Source of the DNA: the human T2T-CHM13v2.0 reference genome, Homo sapiens
Direction: 5' to 3' (one strand)
Length of the DNA: 64,000 nt
Assembly: GCF_009914755.1 (NCBI RefSeq)
Contig: NC_060926.1
Part shown: in pieces, positions 56,491 to 64,000 of the stretch
How positions within the stretch are numbered: position 1 is the stretch's first letter
Layout of the letters: every line of letters starts with the position of its first letter
Notes under the pieces: generated by a model
The model's input: only the letters and a program-made list of their open reading frames with translations
Told to the model about the DNA's origin: nothing
Databases searched by the model: none
Program-made: the position numbers and the translations under genes

Positions 56491-59400
56491 AAAATATGGC
56501 ACTTAGGTACACTAGCAATATGGTTATTTAAACACACTGAATTATCACAGTGGATCAGCAAAAAGTTAGAAAGCACAGGTGTCTCTGTAATTGTGATACG
56601 TTGGGAAAATTCACACTGTTAAATGAGCCTCAAATTCTTACTTGTACCTGAGTGATACAGAAATATACTGTGAGTACACTGGGCCATAATCCAAAAGATA
56701 CCAAAACCAGTGCGCGAGGATGGAAGACTTGCAAAATTCTTCTGTCTTGTGCTCCCCTAGTATCAAATCAGAATTTGTACGTTTATGTTTTATATGCTCC
56801 TTAGTAAGGCACATTTGTTGCATGTTTGGATTGAATAATTTTAAGAACACGCCACTATTTTTATAAGAAAAATATCCTTAAAACCTGATAAAGATTCAGT
56901 GTTAATTTTTTTCATAGAGACATGGTTTAAATCAAGTTCACAATCCTGGGGGTTGGAAGTCAGCAAAATGCTGAGAAAATGATGCAGAACTAGTAAAAAG
57001 AAAACGATTTGCATGAAGGCTAAAATACAGCTCTTGGAAGGACAGCCTGGGATACTAAAGAAGAAGACATAAAACAAAAGAAGATATTTGGTCTCCCTTT
57101 TCCAATGTAGATGTAAAACAACAAACCTAACATCATGCTTCAGATTAACTCTATTATAGAGGCATTTGCTGTATGAAATTTCTGTTTACAAAAAGACATG
57201 CTATATCTGAATGCACAAATCATTCTATTAATTACCAACTTACTTTGTACTGAAAAATTTTCGTTCTGCTGTAAATGTTTTTGTTAATGGAGATAACATC
57301 AGTGAAAACTTTTCCATCTCCATAATATTTGTTTAAATTGACCACATGGTTAGAAATGAGAAATCTAAGATTTTTGTCAAACACATATACAAATTTCAAT
57401 TTCTACAACTATCAAGTATTTATTCTTTTGGTTCTTGGTTCTCCATTCATCAATCTCTAAATGCACAAAATGTATATATTATGGATTTGCTTGTCTGCAC
57501 TCTATTATGGAGCAATCCTTGCCCACATTTAAAGATGTATTTAAAGAGAATTTAAATTTAAACAGATTCATATGCACGTGCATACATAATGAAAGAAAGG
57601 AAAAGGGAGGAAATGTTATGGAATTTCCTTTCTATTTTTTTCTGCAAAACACCACTTCTTACATGTGTAGGTTTTGGGGTATTCTTTCTTAAACAGATAT
57701 TCTTTCTTTCCTCTTATCAGGGTAGGGTACTGAGAGCAAATGATGTGGTATTTATAATATTCAGGACTTTTTTCTTGGTTTTTATTCCTGCTCAACCACA
57801 AAGTTACTATTGTAGCAACATGTTGGCCGATCACACTGTCCAAAAGTAGTTAAGTCTAAATTTCCAAAGGAAATATAAATTTAAGACACAGATGGATGTT
57901 GTTGTATGAGGGGCCCTGGTCTGGGTTTCCAGGGTGGTAGGGAGAGAAAGAGAGGGAAGTGATGCTTTGCCTCTTTTAACCTAGTTTGTTAATGCATCTT
58001 TGCACAATTAGTTCATGTCTAATATTTAAATGCATTTATAAATCCTCTGAGGGTTAAGTAATGTCATTATTGTTTTGTGGTACATTACTGTTGTGCATCT
58101 ATACCAGTTTTGCCCCAAATTCCTCATTACTCTCCTTCATTAAATAACAACAAACGGTGAAGGTTAGTTCTGCATCAGCATTTCAATTTCCTCATGAAAA
58201 ATTGGCCTTGTTTCTTTTTGGTTTGTGAGCACCCGGGCTGATATCACTCATGCCATGTTATATAACAAAAGGTAAAAAGGCAACTTGAGCAATCGTCTGG
58301 TGTCACTCGCTTATTTTGGATGCCATTTTGATCCACACAACTCAGACTATGGACATTGTTTCCTTGTGCCCCTATAAATGGCAGAACAAGGCAACCGAAT
58401 ACACCAATCTCCTAGTTCTAGCTCTTTGCCAAGTCCACTCTGAGATTTAGCCAAATATCCTCATCAGTTTATAGTATGACATATTCCCTTGCTAAGAAAA
58501 TTCTTACTGCCCCATTGAGTCTCATTCTCTTTTAAACCTATATACAAATCACAGCCAGCTTATGGACATAGTAAGGGTTTTCTTGTGCGTGTCAAAGATC
58601 AGTGGGTTTGCGGTTGCTTCTCTGAAGGGCATCACTGGCATCCCAGGTACTTCCCTGGGGAGAGTTACAGAAGTCTGGCTACAATCAGCACCGTGTCCTA
58701 ATCCTGCATATGAGTATCATATCTCTCGAACAGGTGCTGGAACCAAAGACCGAGACCAGCTATAACTCCAGCAGCCTTTTTCATGAGATAATAAGATTTT
58801 AGGCAGGTTTCACAAAAATGTTGAGATTCACTGAATCGATAAATGTCAAATAAATAGGGAAAGTAACTGAGTGGTATACGCGTTGATCTGTCATCAATAG
58901 AGCTGTAGATCAGATGGCGATGTGATCATTTTTAGCGCAGCTCTTCCCATCCTCTGCTCAAATGCACCAAATGAAGCGCCCATTTGCTGACTAGAAATTC
59001 ACAGTTGAGGTCGACTGATGATGCAGTGCAAAGAAGCCTGTTCTGTTCCTCTGCTCACAAATAAGCCATGCCAACCTTCACCTTTAAATAGCTATGTATT
59101 TAATTATGCGATATTTAGAAATAAAGTTCAGTCACAATTCACTAATAATTTGTACCCGCTTAAGAGAGAGAGAGTTAGCAATCAGCAACTCAAAAAAAAA
59201 AAAAAAAAAAAAAAAAGACAGCTCAATGCCAGGTTGCAATATAAAATAAAGCATTTATTTAAGGGCAAATTATAATAAATTAAACTGGACTGTAACAAAA
59301 ATACCCTGGATTTTTTAAAGGGTGATATTATTTTTCTATTTCACCATAAAACCTTAGGAAGTTATGAATTAGCTTAAGCAAACAGAACAATAACTGAACC

Positions 59401-62400
59401 CAAGAAAGGTATAAGAGCTACTTTCTTGAAAACAAAACAATCTTTTCGTTCCTGCCATTTGTCGGAATTCTTCCTCCGGGCAAGCTGGACAGCTGCACTA
59501 GTAGGTTTTTCAGTCATGGGTTGTAAGCCCCACCTGGCTAGATTTGTTTAGCAGACAGCTGGCAGAATTAAATAAAAAGAATGGGACACAAAATGCTTCC
59601 AAAAAAAAAAAAAGGCTGAGAGAATACTTTTTGGATGTTTTAGCCTTTTGGAGGTTTATGGTTTCCCTTTCTACTTTTTCTTGCCTATATCCACATACTA
59701 CTATATGTGAACATATCTCGCGGATATTTTCTCTCAATTATAACTCCATAGCTGAGGTAAGAATGCAGCATAAATGAAAACATCAAGTAAGCATGTCTTA
59801 AATGACTTTTTTTTTAGTTAGAAATACCAATTTGCAGTTTATAAGTCCCCAAGAATGACATCAGTTTTAAATTACCATTTTTTATTTCTGCATTTTCTTT
59901 GCTATTTTTTAAAGCCAATAAAATAGATTTTCTTCATCTGGAATGTTCTTTCTAGCTTAAAGATAAGAAGGAGTCTAAATTGTGGGAATGGCATCCTTCT
60001 GCATCTGTTTCTCTCACAAACCTATCAAATATCTAATTTTTGGCATGACTGCTGACTCCGACAGGAGGATGACATAAACCAGCTTTGTGGTTACATGTTT
60101 CACTTTTAATCTCATGGAAATGAAGATCAGCACTGAAGTGTCCCTTTACATGTGACAATTTGGGACTCTTTTCCAAAAGCCCAGGCAGAGGGGCGTTAAC
60201 CTGGTTAAATTTAACACACAGCATATGCAGAAGTGTCATGGATTTTTATGCTAAGGCACAAGGCAAACCTGCCTTCAGCAGAGCCTTGTTCCCCTCTGAA
60301 GCACAAGCCACAAACAATGGGAACTGTATAACTCAGTGGCAACAGGGTACCAAAGAATGATGGAAAATGCATACAAGAATGGGGAGATGAAGTAGCTCGC
60401 TCAAGAGCCACACATTTTCTGTTTATTTTATCTCTTTCCATAAATGCGACGGACTAGTGGAATATTTCATCCATCCTAGATTCACTACTTAGCATGGGGA
60501 GAATCCAGACTTTTCATTAAACATTGTAAATATAATACGGAAGGTTCAAAAAAACCAAAATGGTTTGGATATGATCCTGATTGGAAGAACTCCATGAAAA
60601 TAGATTCCAACTGCTTATAAATGAGCAAGGGGGAAGGGCATGCTTATTTTAAAGGCAGCATGGCAGAGAAACATTAATGCTGATAGCCCAGCTAGTATCT
60701 ATGAGATGACCATGAACGGCCTCAACAGCCAGTGTAGAACTACTCAGAAGTTCATCACATTTCCATAGCCCATGGAAATGTATCGAATATTAAGGGCCAT
60801 GCTAGGAAACAAACTCTTTAGTTCATTACCTAATACTTGCTTTCCAGAGCAAAGGCCTGACTTGGCCCTTCTCCACCTAGCCTATACATCTCTCCATGCA
60901 ATGTAGACTTTATGGAGCCAGGCATGATCTGCTCATTGCAGAGGCCTGATTCTCTCTAAGCACTGATATCAATATCATACATTTCAAATACAAGGGAGGC
61001 CTGGGCAGGCTTAATCCCCCAAGCCCAAGTAAACTGAACATGGTCTCTAGGGAGGCTGTTGGCATAGAACAAAAAGACAGCGTTACTGTTTATGCTTTTA
61101 CATGGTTAGCAGAATGGGTCGCCATCAAAGACTAAGAAAACAGGCATGGTGAGAAGGGAGGAGTGAGGTCACTCTAGGTTTCTGTCTGACCCTTATATAC
61201 AATCTAATCTTGGCTGTCATCTAACAGTGTTGTATTTAGTTTGATAGATACAATTACATCTATCTAGCCAGATAATTACAGTACTGTGCATCTTCCATGC
61301 ATCCATGGCTTAGCTGAATTATAAACTAGAAAATCTTTTTGTATGTGCTATGGGCTTTCCTCCTCTCCCTCCTGCCCAAGAAAAAGAAAAGGAAAAGAAT
61401 TCCCTGTAAATTGTGTATTCCGATTCTGAATTATTTTGTTAATGTTTCATGTGAATCCATCAAGTCTACCCTAGATCAGCTTGCATCTCAGCCAACTTCT
61501 TTACTAAAGAAAATTGATTCTTGTTTACTTCTTTCAGGAAGGAGAATCATGATGAATTTTAATAGGATAACCCCCTACTGTTAGGGGCTTATCCCCCTAC
61601 TGTTAGGAGCCAACCCCCTCCGTTGGCTACAGGAGCTTTGAAATTCGAAAGTCAGAAGTAAGCCTGGATTTTTTAAAAATTTTTTTTAGACAAGAAAAAA
61701 GATTTCTACAAGTTTCAAGCTCAACCTTAATAATTGCTCAACAGCCATATTCTTTCCTGTTTTCATCACCCCAATGAGCAGGACGTTATTCTGATACTTT
61801 GTTAAAAGACCCTTTAATTGCGAATTGACTTTCAATTTTTAACAGAATTGCCCACCACCAAGCAGTATTTTATTTCTGGATGAAAATTAATATCATTCCT
61901 TTCTATTTTAGCACACATAAGCATTTAATTGGGGATAGTGTAGACTACTTATCAAAGTAAATATTCCTAGGAGAAAAAAAGTAGTTTTCTAAATGTTAAT
62001 TCTACTCATTGAAATCTACTAGAGAAAGAATTTATTATTTTGGATAGAGGCAAACATATTACTATAAATATATAGCAAAAATCCCATAGACATCATTGAA
62101 TACATCATCACAGAATCTCATATTTGGCAACAGAAAATGTACTCTATTATTTGTTGGGTCAAAAGAAACTACATATCCTTGAGAAGATTTTTTTTAATTT
62201 CTAGAGTTAAATTTATAGCATAACAGAAAATTACTAACTTCTTCCACTACCTAGAGTTTCAAGTCACTAATTTTACTAATCCATTAAATGTATGTTTTCT
62301 ACGCTTAAGAAACCAAAGAAACCTGCAGATTCTATATATTTACCCAGGGATCACTTTCCTGGTGGTGAAATGTAACCAGCTCTTTTGCAGAATGGAACAA

Positions 62401-62809
62401 TCACTGGGTGCCAGTAACACTATGCTACAATGTGCAGAGAGGGAAATGAAGGCTAGCTCATCCGAAGGAAACTACAGGGGAATTTTAGATCAGCAGAATG
62501 CAATTATCCAAGTTGGAATTGTTCCAGAACACCAAAGAGAACTCTAAAGGTGGGTAAATTGAATAGCATTTCTCCTCAATTGCAGGACAAACAACTCCAT
62601 CTCACAAGACTGGTGCTTGTTCTGTTTATTTGTCTTTATGTTGTGAGCACTACTGGACACGTGCTGGCCACTGTCACAAGAGATGAAGGGTGTAGAACAC
62701 TTGATCAGAATCAGGGGCATCAGATCAATAATAGGCACCCTATACTCTTCTGCTATCCAAAAAGTGAAAGATGCTTTTAGAATCTGTTTCGACGTACAAT
62801 TTATTTATC

Positions 62810-62983
62810 AACTGGGTACTCAGGGAGACTCTATTTTCCAGTTCCTCTTGCATCTACGTGTGACCACATGACTGAGTTCTGGCCAATGGAATGTAGGGGG
62901 AAATATATACTTGACTTTGAGCTTGGTCATAAAATAAATACACCACTTGGCCCCCTTCTCTGCCTTTCTCTCTCTCTGTCTCT

Positions 62984-63029
<46 letters not shown>

Positions 63030-63235
63030 ATGCATCCAGAAGTGCAGCACTCAGAGATCTCAGAGACAATAGATTAAAAGAGTTCAAATCCCCAAGTCCC
63101 TGCTTAGAGGGTTGCTATCCAGAAGAGTGGCTTGAGCTACATCAGACCATGACATGAACAACAACAACAAAAAAACTTTACTGTGTTAAGATTTGGAAGT
63201 TTTTGTTCTACCAGCTAGAGAGATCTTGACTAATG
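62810..63235 (+). mobile_element. Old ERVL/MaLR LTR (LTR16/MLT1-type)
   Basis: ATTTTCCAGTTCCTCTTGCA...GTGTGACCACATGACTGAGTTCTGGCCAATGGAATGTAGG...TGTGTTAAG...TGACTAAT. Confidence 0.6.
62985..63026. repeat. (CA)21 microsatellite preceded by a CT-rich run
   Basis: Read directly. Confidence 0.97.
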
Positions 63236-64000
63236 TGATGTCCACGATAGAAATGAAATTCCTCCAAATTCCAGAATTGAGAAAGTTGAAAAAAGTTACT
63301 ACAAAAAGCAAGGACATAGTAAGACTTAACTTCCATTCATTGCTTATGGGAGTGTAAAACTTTTACTAGTGTTCTAAAGGGAAAAAATCCGCAAAAAAAT
63401 ATTAAGCTGTAATGGCTTTGTATCTTCTTATGCTTCAACCTAGTAAACTCTACATCTAGACTCTATCCTGAAGAAAAATCAAAACTAGTGACCAAGATCT
63501 TTGTTCCTGAGAACACTGGTTATGTTAATAAAAATATCATGTCACATAAGCATGAAAAGGGATAGTTAACTAAATTCTGGTTACACCTCTATTAGGAAAT
63601 ACTATTCAATCATCAAAAATTATATACCCAGTGGATATTTTAGTCATTTATTTATTCAATAAACTAATGTTTATTTAGTATCTATTACGGCCAGGACTTA
63701 CTCTAGATGCTGGGGATATAACAATGAACAACAATAAAATGTGTCTGTTCTGATGATGTGTATTTTGTGGTGGATAAGACAAACAATATATAACAGACAA
63801 ATAAATCAATAAATGGATACTCACAATGAACTGGAAAAATGCTCCACTGAGAATATTTAAGAATGTAACATGCAGGAACTGTATATACATTGTGCATACA
63901 CAGGCATACAAACACATACATACAACACCCCACATACAGAGTTAGAGAGAAAAAGGCTAGAGAGAAAAATAATAAAATTCTAACATATGCATATGTAACT

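Noticed and set aside
56251-56576. Hydrophobic F/L/S-rich ORFs resembling membrane peptides
   Set aside because: Artefact of translating the complement of a GA-rich low-complexity tract.
59191-59216. Isolated poly-A run as the tail of a processed pseudogene (also 39668-39683)
   Set aside because: No upstream recognisable mRNA or SINE body and no convincing flanking duplication.

Overview
Primate (human-like) genomic DNA, AT-rich and repeat-rich. The only protein-coding sequence I can support is the terminal coding exon of ARHGAP15 (RhoGAP C-terminus, + strand, 4204-4387). It is preceded by the end of the last intron and followed by a short 3' UTR with an AATAAA at 4549-4554. The remaining ~59 kb is non-coding downstream sequence. 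From general knowledge (not visible here) this is the ARHGAP15-GTDC1 interval in the ZEB2 neighbourhood on 2q22. It holds about 12 Alu insertions, several solo LTRs (MST, MLT1, THE1C, MER34/39-like, LTR33-like, several with intact target-site duplications), DNA-transposon fossils (MER44/Tigger7, MER102-like, MER5A), L1/L2/L3/MIR remnants and microsatellites. The other ORFs in the track look like chance or repeat-derived frames. I do not see a new biological system. The items worth a second look are non-repeat, CpG-retaining, motif-dense blocks that may be enhancers, a candidate antisense exon, possible alternative polyadenylation, two rearranged Alus and a few hairpin or duplication micro-structures. 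Repeat subfamily names are recalled consensus matches, not search results, and the boundaries of old repeats are approximate.
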